64,000 nt of DNA from Trichosphaerium sp. ATCC 40318 (lineage: Eukaryota; Protista; Tubulinea): contig JALMLS010000093.1 in the NCBI GenBank assembly GCA_038496445.1, forward strand, positions 248,001 to 312,000. The letters run 5' to 3'. The position numbers and the translations under genes were made by a program. The notes under the pieces were generated by a model. It had not been told where the DNA came from. It did not search any database and saw only the letters and a program-made list of their open reading frames with translations. Below, one piece after another: positions 50,627 to 64,000 of this stretch. The number at the start of each line of letters is the position of its first letter. Position 1 is the first letter of the stretch.

Positions 50627-52131
50627 CTATGTACACTCTTTTACAAATATAAGCAAATCAGCGAACTGTTCAACATCTAAAGATTCGAGTGGTGGAAGCT
50701 TTTCAGCATATAACCAACTCATACAGATGCCAATATTCTTTGATGCGCCATTGATTCCCTTATCGCTCCATAAAGCCCATGTTTTGGTAAGTTGTCTAAA
50801 ATTTGGTAATCTTGATTCTAATAACCCTTTGTGTAGTTCATATGGCCTGTATACTAATATTAGTACCAAGCACTAAACCAAAAAAAAAAAAACAGAATTT
50901 CAAAAAAAAATTCCTACTGACCTGTCTATCCGCAACTGTAAGTCAGAAAATTCTCCATCCTCTAATAACCGGTGTAATGTATCAGAATAACTCTTAGTAT
51001 CACCAGAAGGCATTCCAGTCCGATGTAACTTATTCTGACAAAGTGCAATCCGAAGTTGATCGTTTACACATTGTTTATCTGTAAATATCTTCAGTAAATG
51101 ACTCTTATTCTTTACCAATGTAGTTAATTTTTTTGCTGATGCCGTATCTACATCTGAGATTGATAATCGATTTAGGTGCGTATTCCTTTCCAAAGCAGAA
51201 CAAATGATCTTGAGAAAATTATGAGAATGTCAAAAATCAAAAACCATTTGTTAGTTTCTTTGAAAATGAAAAGAAAAAAAAACGTACAGCACAACCTTCA
51301 GGTTGAATATCATTCTGTCCAATATGTAATGTTTTTAAAGGTGTATCATGCTCCAATAATTGTGCAATATAATCAGCACCAGTCTCAGTGATACCATTGT
51401 GCAGCATACGCAACGACTAAACCATCATGTCAAAAAAGATTCGAACTTCAAAGTAGTAGCTCGGTTTCAATGAAAACAAACCGTACCTTTATATACCTAT
51501 TATTAACTAACCCGTTAACAATACAACGACATCCTTCATCACCAATAGAAGCAAATGAAATTACAAGTGTTCTTAGAGACCTGTTAAATCGTAAAGCACT
51601 ACTTAAACAATCCAATCCTTCGCTACCAATAGTATTCTCTGCATTACAACAAGAAAAAGGTCAAAACAGACTAAGTTTAGATAAACTTTGAAAAAAGAAG
51701 AATTCTTCTTTTGTACCGGACAAATTTAGCTCTGTAAGCGATGAGTTGTAGTATTGTAATGCACGTGAAATATAAGAAACTCCTTGAGCCCCGAGGTTGA
51801 CATCAATTAGTTCTAAACGGACCAAAGTTTTCGAGTTTTGTAGAAGCTCTCCTATGCGTTTTGCGCCTTTGTTGCCAACATTTGAGCCTATTTTGGGTGT
51901 AAATACTGAGTATTAGGGAAGACAAACCATAGTTTCATTGATTTTCAAGTATAGCAGTCCTTTACGCCGAAATAGTATGATTTACGTGCCTGAGAAGCAT
52001 AACTCGGTAATCTCTGGGTTTTTTTCAACTTCACAACAAATTTCGTTTAAACGAACACTGCTGAGCGCTCCAAATGATACTGTACAGTATCGACCGGTTT
52101 TTACCACTGAAGCGTCTTTGACAGGGAACAT
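50627..52131 (-). CDS. RI/NLRC3-type LRR protein with C-terminal, apparently short, BTB/POZ domain
   Basis: NVGNKGAKRIGELLQ.SKTL..L.L, NTIGSEGLDCLSSAL.FNRSL, IGDEG repeats; LLEDGEFSDLQL...YELHKGLLESR...WLY BTB signature. Confidence 0.75.
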
Positions 52132-52320
52132 TTACGTATCGCACACTACCTGTTTTGTGTTAGAGTGCTATTGAGGATGCCATCAGTGCTTTTGTCGTAA
52201 ATATCAACGGTCAAAAAAATTACACCAAATACAATGAAATCATTTATTCAAGCCATTTGGGCGTTATTGTACATATTATACTTGTGTCATGCAGCACCTT
52301 TATTGTTTCTCGCAAACATG

Positions 52321-52690
52321 TTATTGCGATCGCTGTATGTACGCTGCAACTTGTTTGCGACGCTCTGCAGCTCTTGTTCGCCTTCTTACAATTGCTTCTT
52401 TAACCATTGCTCTTGCTTCAGCGTCAGATGAAGTTACTAGTAACAATAAGACCAATTAACGCATCGCAGAGTGTATTAGAGTTTCTGATAGACATACCAT
52501 ACCAATTATAGCGTAAATAGCCTACAAAACCAACTGTGAACCCAAGGCAAACATAATACAACTACAATGTGGATTTTAACTTCAAGGTGTCACCGTTTTT
52601 TTGTACCCCAATGCGCCCTCCAAAGAACTCTACAAATCGCGATACACTGAATGGCGGTGTAGTGTGTTTATACGTATTAAGCGGTTCCAT
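52321..52690 (-). CDS. Small single-TM protein (~87 aa), absent from ORF track
   Basis: Two GT-AG introns join MEPLNTYKHTTPPFSVSRFVEFFGGRIG|LYYVCLGFTVGFVGYLRYNWY|VTSSDAEARAMVKEAIVRRRTRAAERRKQVAAYIQRSQ*. Confidence 0.55.
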
Positions 52691-52779
52691 GCAGCCAGGT
52701 TAGAATAATTGCGAGAAACACATGAAAACTCACAGTCTAATTGAGGTCAATATGTCTTAAAAACGATCTAAGCATAAGA

Positions 52780-54107
52780 ATGGCATTAACTCTTGGTCAA
52801 TTAGGCAATATAGGCCTCATCGTCGCAATTGTAATGTTGTACATTATGCTTGTACGACAAAACTCTGATATTTCGCAATCGAAGCAAGACTTGGCATTTC
52901 AATACGACAAGACTACGAAAACGTTGAACAAAGATATTGAGTATCTGAAGAGTAAATTCGCCAAACTCGATGCACAGCAAAGAGAATCCATTAATAAAGT
53001 GCGTCAGGAATACGAGGGTGACATATCGAAACTTACAAGTGCATTATCAGCGGCTGGTAAGTACAAAGGTTTAAACCAATGCCTTACGCATTAACGTGAT
53101 ACACAGAGACCGGTGTAGATAGTAAAATACAAACCGTTCAAGAAAGTATTTCATCATTGACAGCTGAGTTGGAAGAAAAGCTTTCCGCGCACAATGACGG
53201 CAAACACGATGAACTCGGTACGCTCTTCGAAGCGTTTGGGATTTTTTTAACACGTCAGCAAATAGATAAGCTCGTGGCATCCAGCAAAGACCAGTATGAT
53301 ACCCTAATAAACTCTTTAAAGGATCTAGAGGAAAAACTAGAGGAGTTAAAAACAAAAAACAACGCAGCGCATAAAGCTTTGTCTAAATCTATCTCAACAT
53401 CTCCTAAAGATTCTCAACAATCATCTTCCGAAGAATCCGATCTTATACCCCACGATACCGTACGTTAAAACTCGCCAACGTACTCCTTGATGCTAACTAT
53501 TATCAACAGGATGAAACAGAAACCACTAAAGACTTCTACAGCACAGAGTACGTCATTTTCCTTTATTGTTCCTCGAAGGGCAGCAAACCGAAGAAAACTT
53601 AGTCTAACGCTTTTAACTAGTGATTCAAATGAGGATAGGCCTAAAGAAGAAAGCAATGAAAAACAAACAGAGCCTCTAGAGAACGAAGAGGCAGGAGACA
53701 ATGCCGTTATTGGTATTGAAGTTGCTGGTCACAAGAAGCCAGAAGAAGAGCACGGTGACGAGTCCGAGCTTGAGGAAGTTACTCAGGATTCAAATGATGA
53801 AGACTTACAGCATGACCCTGACGTAGATGCTGAGCACCTCGCTGATGATAAATCTGATGCTGTACAGCACGATCCTGATGTAGATGCTGAGCACCTCGCT
53901 TCTGACGACAAACAAGGAGATGAGACATTGAAACATGCTGATCCATATGCTGTTGACGATGTGACTGAAGGTCATGATGCGAGCGATGGTACAAGTGATG
54001 ACGAAGGTCATGATGCAAGTGATGATACAAGTGATGAAGGTGTGGGTGAGTTGAATTTTGAAAAAAAGACGGAATCCAGAGGTAATATCAAAGCCAACTT
54101 TAACTGA
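52780..54107 (+). CDS. Type II membrane coiled-coil protein with acidic tail (GOLM1/GOLIM4-like layout)
   Basis: N-terminal TM segment IGLIVAIVMLYIMLV, coiled coil, Asp/Glu-rich C-terminus; splicing of the 3' end is uncertain. Confidence 0.6.
53808..54040 (+). repeat. Intragenic tandem repeats encoding QHDPDVDAEHLA(S)DDK x2 and EGHDASD.TSD x2
   Basis: Direct repeats visible in DNA and in ORF 53487..54107. Confidence 0.85.
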
Positions 54108-54909
54108 AAAAAAAAACTTCAAAACGACGAGAAAAAAAAATCTAGCTGTAGTGTATTATTGACAATTAAAATAACCTTAAAAAATCATCACGTTATTTTG
54201 CTATATTTTATTGTGAAGGCACATGTCAGGTACAATGATTTCGCGTACAGTATTCTCTTTGACTCTTCTTCATAACAGAAAATTTTGACTGTTATTGCTG
54301 CTGACAGCTCTTGTTGCAATTGTACAACGTGTAGCTAACTCACCACACCACTTGTTAGGTTTATGTTGCTAACAGTATTCGCACTTTACCTCAAGAGCCT
54401 TGAGAATGTAGTAACCTGATACACTGCCAGTATTGCCATACAAATCTATTGTATACCTGCGAGCTTACTACAATAACCACAGGCTCTTTGCGCTCTTAAA
54501 GAACGTGATTGTCTTCGCCCATTAAACTTATGAAGGTAACGCCAACATGAGAATATTAAGATGAGGTGAGGTCATTGACCTTTAAAAATCATGAACAAGT
54601 AAAAGTCTTACATACTGAATACGCGGTACAACCTTATTCTACGTTACCGACAAGTGTCAAAATACAATATACACTGTTGATAGTACATCTCAAGACCCTT
54701 CTTTGTTAGGATTGAACTGTTGTTTCCACTCAGTGAGTTCACGACCAAAAAACGACCTTAATGAGATGTGTCACATGCTTCTCTTGCCCAACAATGATTC
54801 TTCTTATTATGATGCGGTATATTGAGTACTTTGGAACTTTAACTGCAAAAAACGCCAAAAGCTCGCTTAAAAAGCTCATAAAAACACAACATTTAACGTA
54901 ACTTGAAGC

Positions 54910-56357
54910 ATGGGTAACTTTGTAGAAGGAGAAGGACAAACTGGAACTAATGCAGAAGCTTCCGGACGCGCACAACTGAAAATCTCTCAAGGTACGTTCG
55001 TTTTGGATAATATTGTATATTATGTATTCCTTGGCGCAGAGTGTATTGATTTAAAGCTAGGTATTGTCCCTCCTGATGACCAATCAAAGTTCGATGAGTT
55101 ACTTCAAAAAACAGCATGTAAGCGCAAAGGGCGAGACGTTTAACCTATTTCTAACAAAAATAGTCGACCAGGACCAGATTCAAATAATTATGGAGTCATG
55201 GGGCAGTAAAAACTACGAGCGTGGCCTTGAGAAAGACGTTAGTCCGTTTATTAGAATAAAAACTAATATTTCCGTACGCTTAACTTTAATCTGTAGGAGT
55301 TCGCAAAGGTAGCAGAACGCTTATCATTATTCGAACACGCTTCAAAAGACACTATTACTAAAGTAAGCCAAAATAAGCTCAACACCAAAATTAACCTCAA
55401 CAAACAACTTACAATGCGCAGGAAGTACTTGTCGATGCGTTTTTCGACATGTTCGATCAAGACAAGAATGGCACGCCTTGAATTTATATTACTTCCTTCT
55501 AGACGCTAAAATCCCTATAGGAACAGTAGAATTCTTTGAGTTTGTAACAGCTGCGTCCCTCTTAACTGTAAGAACCTACTTTCTCGTTAATATGTTGCTT
55601 ACTTACTTTGTAGACTGGTTCATTGGAAGACAAAGCGAAGCGTATGTCTTTAAAAGCGAGGAATCGAGAATTCTCCACTTTTTTGTTTACAAATCTCTTT
55701 TTTTAATGCAAGTCACACTACGCGTGATATCTTAACACGTAGTGCATTGTTGTCTACGCGCGTAAAGCCAATTTGAGTTTTTTTCCTGATTTGATGTTCT
55801 TTTAGTATTTTTCCGCACATACGACAGGAATGCTGATGGAAAGATTGATAAGAGAGAGTTAAGGCTTCAAGCAAAGAAGTTTTTTGTTAGCGCAAAAAAA
55901 ATGAAGCAATCTCAGCTCAAACGCATGGCAAAATACACACATGTACGTTGAACCGTTTATCCATATATGTGCATGATCATATTTAAAGAAAAGCTGTAAT
56001 TTCGAACGAACAAACGACTGAGTTTAACATCTTCTTTTTTTTTTCGTGTTTTTCTTCAAGTTGATAGTTTCTAGGACCCAATGTATGATAGTTACGCCGA
56101 AACTGTTGATACAAGTGTAGATGAGGCAGCAGTGGATAAAATGGTAGAATCAGCATTCTTACAAGCTGACACGGTACGGCGGAATCTTAAACCTTTGCGA
56201 AGGTTTTTTTTTGTTTTGTTTTCACACCCATACTTATTTATCAACGCTTTAGAATGGTAATAGTTGTATTTCTGAGGTCGAATTTGTAAACTGGGTTAAG
56301 ACTGATAAGAACATTCGCAGCTTAATGGTTCAACTTGGATTTAATATTACCATTTAA
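54910..56357 (+). CDS. N-myristoylated EF-hand calcium sensor (NCS/frequenin/calcineurin-B-like)
   Basis: MGNF start; FDMFDQDKNGTVEFFEFV, GSLEDKA, FRTYDRNADGKIDKREL, ADTNGNSCISEVEFV. Confidence 0.85.
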
Positions 56358-56588
56358 GGGCCACAGCCTTCAGACAAGTAAAAAATAAAAAAGCAAGTCC
56401 ACTTGTATATTTGTTCTTCTTTTTCTATCTGAAACCCTTCGTTGCTTATTCCGGCATAGTAAGAATCAACGATAAGGAATTTGAGCCAAAGCTTTTCAAC
56501 AAAGTTGATCTTGATGTAAAATCAAGTCATAGACATTTATGTATACATCAATGGAATTGAAATCTCAATGTAATAAAGAAATTCTCTT

Positions 56589-59500
56589 TTATTTCGTTCC
56601 GGGGAAGGTTACGCAGACACGTGAACAACTGCACATCCTCTTAGAAGAGGAACTGTAAGTTTTATAACATATCCACTTGATACAATAGGCTTAATGATCA
56701 CACCAGGCTGATTGCCTGGGTGATATGCCGTAAATTCACCTCCAAAAGATCTTTACTTTTGAGAGTCACAGTAGTGCTTTCTAAACTGCCTCCTACAAAA
56801 AAAGTAAGCACAGAAACGTCACCATACAGCGTTTGACATTGTGAACAAAAATCACGTGCCTGCGACGATTACTAAGGCGTATCCTGTCTTGACTTTGAAC
56901 AGATTTGCACTTGAACTTCCTCCGCTAACTGAAGATATTGCATGTGGTGTAAGAACCCATTCTTTTCCTTTCATCATAGAAAACAATCTTCCATAATCAG
57001 AGAAGTATTTATTATATTCATCATTAGGAAGAATGCAATGATCATTTTCTAAGAAAAAAAAAAGATGACTATGGTGCTATAAATAAAAAATAATCACGTG
57101 CTTGGAAATGGTACTGTTGGATAACTTCCAGTGTACAGATGTCGTTGGAGGAATAAATCCCAACTAATACCGCCCATAGGTCCTTTATGGTCCCAACTTA
57201 TTATTGGCTTTGCAAGACCTAGATAACTCGATCCAACTTGATGAAAATCATAGTCACCAAATTCATCGTAGATACCATCAGCGTACTCCATTCTAAGTAT
57301 AATTTTAACCAATACCATACACAAATACTAAAACAACGCAGAGTGCAATGATTTTGAGCCACAGTGAGTTGAAGGTAAAAAAGTTGAAAAAAAAAGAAGA
57401 AAGCAATTTTTTTCTGATGAGTTTCTACGCACGTGTCAAGGCGAAACAAATGATCGTTAACAAATTGAAAAGCACCAAGAGGGTGAATTGCTTCAGCGTT
57501 AAGAGCCATAGCTTTTCTCCATCCTAATAATCCAAAAGCAGCTGGTTTACCGCTTGCCCAGGATATTCCATCATCGCTGTTCTACATTAGTTTCCCGATT
57601 CAAATCAAAATATCTTCCGGTACCGCCTTTCATTGAACCTTCCGGACCAGTCAAGTCTATCAACACAAAATCCGGATACAGGTGTCTCCCTTGAGATATC
57701 AGTCCAAATGAGCATAATGTAGAAAAACCGCCTGAGAAAGGCCGGCGCCCGTAAAACAACTTACTTCAAAACTCGGACATAACTTTTGACCATATGGTCT
57801 TGCCAAGGTTGAGAACCTGCATCTAGTACTACAGTACCAGTGTAAGACAAATGCCATTTGTGTGATACGTCATCATAAAGAACGCTTTGATCAAATACAT
57901 TTCGAACAAGTGTGTTAGACTTGCATTGAATTTCTTGGCTGTAATTTGTTGGTTTTTCACAGATTTGTGAGATTGACTCGCTTAGGGGTAACGTGTACCT
58001 ATCACCAAACCGTCAACAAATGAAAAGAGCAACGAAACAAGTAATAATGAGCAGTACCATCCAAATTCAAATAGATTGGCATAAGCACATGTAGCAAATC
58101 CATATCCTCTAAATTTGTGGTACCACTCGTTAATCTCTGTTAAAGATTCATTCACACAAGCTAGTGGATCTTTTTCTAAGCATCATTAGTTCAAAAATGA
58201 AATGGTTCACAACAAAACACCTGATGTTTCGAGAGAAAAAAACACGAAGAAAGACACAAAAATATTCTGTTTTGAATTTCTTCTTTTTTTCTTGATTTCA
58301 ACGCACCATTATAATGAGGCATACACGTGACCCATTTTTTAGAACCTTTAGGACCTAACCACTCTCCGAACATTTGATATGTAAACGTTGCATCCTTCAT
58401 TAAAGATAGAGTCAATACAGCAAAAGACAAGAAGAAAACTGCATTTTTGTTACCCAATTTAGTGAAAAGTCATATCCTTTATACAATGTCCCGTTTAGAT
58501 CTTCTCCTCTATAATCAGAATACGCTCCGCATCCATCTGCTTTAGATACGTCTACTTTTGGATAGAAATACCTCGGATACTCCTCAACCATAAAGCCCAA
58601 TGCTAAACTCTCAAGTTAGTAACTACAAACACCCAGTACTATTACACTTATGTGTTGATTTTAAAAATATTTACTTACCTGGTCTCCAACAATCTTCATG
58701 TCCAACAATATGTTGTGTATATTTAATCAACTTATTTTGCCCAAACCGTAGGTTGGTCTTTCCAAAATTCATAGAACCTTTTTTACCTTTTATTGATGTA
58801 TTCAAAAAAAGATAAACTGTTTCATCAACAGGTGAAAGCGCAAGTGTTACACCAACACCATAAGTACTGTCTAAAGTGTATTTATATATGGTACATCATA
58901 TTATGAGGGTTTTACCTATCCTGGAAGCTACAGGAATCGCGAACGAAGGGATGAATTGGGAAGGATGACAACTATCTGATTTTCGAACTTGAGGTGAAGT
59001 ACACATACCTCCATACTATCAACTTGTTAATAATCTACTAGCGCTTTTTATCATAAAAACAAGAAAAACTTACTGTGTACGACTCGTTCTTCATTGAAAT
59101 AGGCGCATAAGGATCATAACCAGGAGAAACACCTAAAATATTTAAACTCAAAAAAAATTGCCCATATTGGTCTGATTTGGTATTTATACCTGGTCCCGTG
59201 CGACTGAACAGTTGTTAGATGAAACTAAGGCTAGTGACAACCTACCTCGTCCAAAACTTAGCGTCAGTGAAATCTTTCCATTCGAACTGTGTGCTTATCT
59301 CTAAACAATTGTAAACGAGCTTTTTTGTTCAAGTTCGTGATGTTACTAACCCGTGCTCCAATAAGAAGATGCATCGCTTTGAAAGGTAGTATCCCATGTA
59401 ATACTTGAAAGCCAAGGACGGAAGGTGTCTGTAATAGTGACCAGTGTTGATTTATCAACATTTCTTTGCACTTTTCTCTCCACTTTAATGCTACCATCCC

Positions 59501-59796
59501 AAATATGAGAGATAACGGTACTGCCTTTAACCCATGTCACGTGGAATTCGTTTCAGATTTATTATTTAAACAATTAACGGACCTGGAACAGTAGTACACT
59601 CTTCAAGCTGCGTAGAAACTGTGACAGAGAAAGATACTGAAACGTTATTTATTTTCACGTGCAGTGACGTCCCAACGCCAGTGTTTTCATCAAAGCACAG
59701 AGATACTGTTGTACTATCCTTGGAAGTAACACAGGACTCGCCAGTTACTGATATAATAAACAATACAGCGCATAGCAAAACTTTCAAGAGCGGCAT
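56589..59796 (-). CDS. Large secreted protein, putative glycoside hydrolase of unassigned family
   Basis: Signal peptide MPLLKVLLCAVLFIISVTG; long multi-exon frame rich in aromatic residues and Gly (YAYADLFEFG, LDAGSQPWQD, YADGIYDEFG); no family signature recognised. Confidence 0.55.
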
Positions 59797-60006
59797 GTTT
59801 GAAAAGTTTGTGAACAACTTAAACCCATAGTGATTAAGCCCCTGATTATTTTCACTCTAAACAAATACTCCGTATGGATCTAATAAGAACATAGAAACCT
59901 GTTGTTAACGTAGTAGAGTCATACAACGACTTTAAGCCGAGATATTATGAAAAGTCAAAGCGGTTCTCTGTAAGCTTTTGGACGTTAATCAAAAAGTGTA
60001 AATACG

Positions 60007-63000
60007 ATGGAGAAGGATGACGAAGCATCTCTCACTTCGAAAACAAGCGCTAGTACATCAGATTCGAAAAAAAGAAAAAGGCGAATACCAAAATGCGCAT
60101 TACACTATCAACTGGACAGACCACTGCCAGTTATTAAAGAATTCAGCGTAAATTATACCATTAACACAAAGTCATTCACAAACTTCTTAGGTGGGTGTCA
60201 TGGAGGCTATGAAGCTTCTAGGACTTGCGAAACGCATATACTACTACGCAAAGGAGCAAAAGAGTACGTTATACGTTATTTTAAGTAACTTCGCTGAATA
60301 CCGCTAAAACAGCGTAAATTGAGCGCCTTGTACCTGTTTGTACTCATAATTACTATCAAAGGTAAAAAACGGCTACCAACAATTGATGCATTCGCAACAC
60401 ATAGCTACAGTACGTTGTTTTTAGTGTCAGTCGAAAAAACCCTTTTGTACGACTGCTCCGGCTTCATTTATTTAATATCTGGGTAGAAGCGATTTGTGGC
60501 GTGCCTATTGGTGGTATCGGAAGCGGTTCTATAACACGTGGAACGCACGGGGGTTTCGTAAGGTACTAATTCTACTGTTTTTTTGGCTGTTGAACTATCA
60601 ACTTTATTTATCATGGGTACCTCTCTTTGGTACACTATGACGTCAATTATTTTAGTACTATTGATACCGTGATATAATATTAACCATTCTATAACCAGAT
60701 GGTGCCTCAGTCCGCCCAGTATATCAAAACAGAAGCAAATCTTTACAAACCAATTTTCTTTCTTCAGTAGACCAAGTGATGATCCTTCTGCAGAGCCTAA
60801 AGTCTCCGTTCTGAATCCATCAAAGCCGTCTATGAAGGAATCTCCAACTAGCACAGCATGGGATTGGAATGTGAACGGCTCTAACTCGCACTTTCACGGT
60901 CTGTTTCCACGTCAATGGAATGTTTACAAGTAAGTGTTTCGGACTAAATATTTTTACACGGATTTAAAGTACCTAGCGAACCTGATCCAGATATCACAGC
61001 CACATGTGAACAAATATCTCCAGTATGGCCACATAACTACAAAGAATCATGTCTACCTGTTGGAGTGTTTGTTTGGACACTAGTGCGTACAAAAAATAAT
61101 TAACAGTGTTCAACTAATATTTCTACTAGGAAAACAAAGGTAAAGTAGATAAAGACGTTAGCATCATGTTCACGTTTGAAAATGATAATGGTCATTCTGG
61201 AGGCGATGGTGGTCACTCTAATACGTTATTTCATTTCAAAGAAGATGATTATGATAAATATCCTAACCGCGGTGTTGACAAGGGTGAAGAACCTCCAAAT
61301 CGAATACTAAGAAGTGCGTCACATTCAGAAAAAAGTTAGTCCTTACTTTTTTTTGAAGATCTAAAACTGATGGAGCTACTGTGGTTGGTATAAAGATGAA
61401 ACATCATCATCAGCGTAAAATAAAATTACATGATGGTGGTATAGTACCTTTTCTTGATGAGGAATCATTTGCTATAGCAACACGAATCACAACAATAGAG
61501 AAGGTTGTTAAGAAAAGTAAAAGCGTCAAAGTCGACTTTGATGAGGAGAAGTACGTCTCTTTTGGTTTTTTTTTTGAGTTTCTTTGCACGTGTTTTTTTG
61601 TTTTGTTGATTGTGATTGATTATTGTTTTAAATTTCACATAGGGCAAATCATGCCAAAGCTGAAGAGATTGTAAGAGGAAAGTCTAAATACAAATCATTA
61701 GTTGCAAAATATGATTCAAACTCTTTCTGCTCACAAGACTCTGAAGTCACATACGTCACCCACTTTTCTTCAAGTGATAAAGACTCTCTCCGTGCTCTCT
61801 GGCAATCATTTTCAACTACAGGAAAACTACCCAATATCACTACATCACCTCTTCTTTCCAAAATAGGTGAAAAAATCGCTGGAGCACTTGCTGTTTCAAC
61901 CAAGGTATGCAAGAAAAACTGGTGCAACTGTTTGAGAAAAAAACCTTGTAGTTCATACTAACCAATACTAAAAAGGTCCCCGTTGGCGCCACTGTGAAAA
62001 TAGAGTTCTCATTAGCTTGGCACATACCAATAGCACGATTCTTTGCTGGAACGCCATACTGGAGGTCAGAGCACTTGTTTTATCATTTCAGTGAATACTA
62101 ACTGTACATTTCGAAACCAGGCGATATCGTCGGTATTATAAAGGTCCTGTTGTATTAGAAAGACTTGTACGTGATGCATTGATTGAGTACCCTTCATGGA
62201 GGAAGAATATCGAAAAATGGCAGAAACCTATTACTAAAAACAAACAAATGAATAAGAATTATAAACAAGCATTATTCAATGAACTTTATTACCTTGTTGA
62301 TGGCGGTAGTGTTTGGTTAGATAACTTCGATTTGGATGAAGGTACAACAAAACAAAACAAAAAAAACACGTGATTTTGTTTATTAAATCTATTATTAGAT
62401 ACTCAGCTTGATGCTAATGACATGGGAAGATTTGGATATTTAGAGGGATTGGAGTATCTCATGTACAATACATACGATGTTCATTTTTATGCTTCTTTTG
62501 CGTTGGGTATGCTGTGGCCAAAGATTGAGTTGGCGTTGCAAGTACGTTACCGCAACGTTCATGTAGAGATTTTTATTTTGTACTAGGAGGATGTAGCTAA
62601 AGCTACAATGACTGAGTATGAGGATGTATGGACTACTTTACATACAGGAGAAAAAGCCAAGAGAAAAGTAAGCGTTGCTATACTTTATCGCCGTTTAATA
62701 CCTTTTAGACGCTTCACTCTGTGCCTCATGATATGGGAAATCCTGGAGATGATCCTTGGAAGCGAGTTAACTCGTATAACATACAAGTAAGTTTCAAAGT
62801 AAATAAAATCATCAAACTGAGAAATCATTTATTTCTTTGTGAACGACCAACAAACTGTTCTCTTTAGGATATTTCGAGATGGAAGGATTTAAATTGCAAG
62901 TTTGTTTTACAAATATACAGAGACTATATCATCACAAAGGATAATCCAGATATAGATTCAATGGGATTTCTCAAACGTGAGTTTAGAAAAAAGTAAAAAT

Positions 63001-64000
63001 CTCCCACCTAAATTTTTTGCTCAACTATAGGTATGTGGCCTGTTATGAAGCACGCAATTGGATACATGATGCAGTTTGATAAAGATAGTGATGGAATGAT
63101 AGAAAATGAAGGTTTCCCTGACCAAACTTATGATGCGTGGTCTGTTTTAGGTTGCAGGTAACGCATTTAATAAAATACCGTAATTTTGCACGTGATGCTT
63201 AACAAAACACTGATAGCGCGTACTGTGGAAGTTTATGGATAGCAGCGTTGAAGACTTGCAGGTTAGGACATTTTTGGTTTTGATATAAGCTATTGTTTGT
63301 TAAATGGTTTCGCTTTTCTGTAGTGTCGTCGGTAAGCTACTGGATGATAAAGAGAGTGCTGAGAGTTATGATGTAAAATACGCTAAAGGTAATCGATTTT
63401 TTTATTATCTTTTCTTCTTAATTCGTTAACTGATGGTTTCTTTAGCGTGTTCTGTATACATTGATAAATTATGGAATGGTCGGTATTTTGATTACGACGA
63501 AACAGATCGTAATCACGGAGACTCTATAATGGCACGTGATTAAAACAAATAATATCGCTCTTTTTCGTTTCTCTAATGTCTTTTATTTATATAGAGCGAT
63601 ATGCTTGCAGGTGTATGGTATGCCAATGCGTGCGATTTAGGAGATATTTTACCTCGTGATAAAGTCATTTCATCGCTTAAGGTGATACATGAGTTTAACC
63701 TACAGAAATTCAATACTACACAAAATATGAGACTTGGACCAATAAATGGCATGCACCCAAACGGTACGTAAAAAAATACTGTATAACTATAGTTTGTCAT
63801 TGGATGGCCATGTTCGATACTTATGTTAACCAGGAACTATTGATAAGACGTGTTTGCAGTCAAGAGAAGTATGGACAGGGACTGCATATGCACTAGCAGC
63901 GTATGTTTTAATGTTCAAAAAAAAGTTGTTTTAAGTTGTTTCTTGCTATGTTGGATTATCATCAAAGCTGTAGTAACAAGTTGATTTTTAGGTTATTCCT
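60007..64000 (+). CDS. GBA2: Non-lysosomal glucosylceramidase, GH116 (3' end runs off the window)
   Basis: [131 protein letters not shown]. Confidence 0.95.

Overview
Gene-dense, AT-rich eukaryotic DNA with many short (~40-100 nt) spliceosomal introns, dominant donor GTACG/GTAAG. This is most consistent with a protist, plausibly an amoeba (inference). The supplied ORF track mostly shows exon fragments and antisense shadows, so I built gene models by splicing manually; boundaries are best estimates and family calls come from motif recognition, not database searches. About 25 genes: BPI/LBP 3' end, SAP protein, atypical Arf, GH29 fucosidase, acyl-CoA ligase, CCR/DFR-like reductase, helical-repeat/RAP-like protein, NTF2-like protein, ZNF830-like protein, 14-kb BEACH gene, F-box-LRR, TDP2-like EEP, F-box/MORN, PHD-WH-chromoshadow protein, VIT-vWA-DUF2135 protein, fucose mutarotase, LRR-BTB, NCS-like EF-hand, orphan secreted protein and GH116. 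Top findings: (1) the VIT-vWA-DUF2135 gene carries in its central linker a string of fragments resembling four different spliceosomal proteins (SF3A2/ZMAT2-type zinc finger, CRNKL1 N-terminus, SNW1/SKIP core, SF3B1-type RWD motifs), possibly a bait/decoy region; (2) a 124-aa CaaX protein gene is nested antisense in the largest BEACH intron and is missed by the ORF track; (3) a chromo shadow domain is paired with PHD-winged helix instead of a chromodomain; (4) the palindrome CACGTG is roughly 10-fold over-represented. No tRNA, rRNA, CRISPR array or intact transposon was seen.
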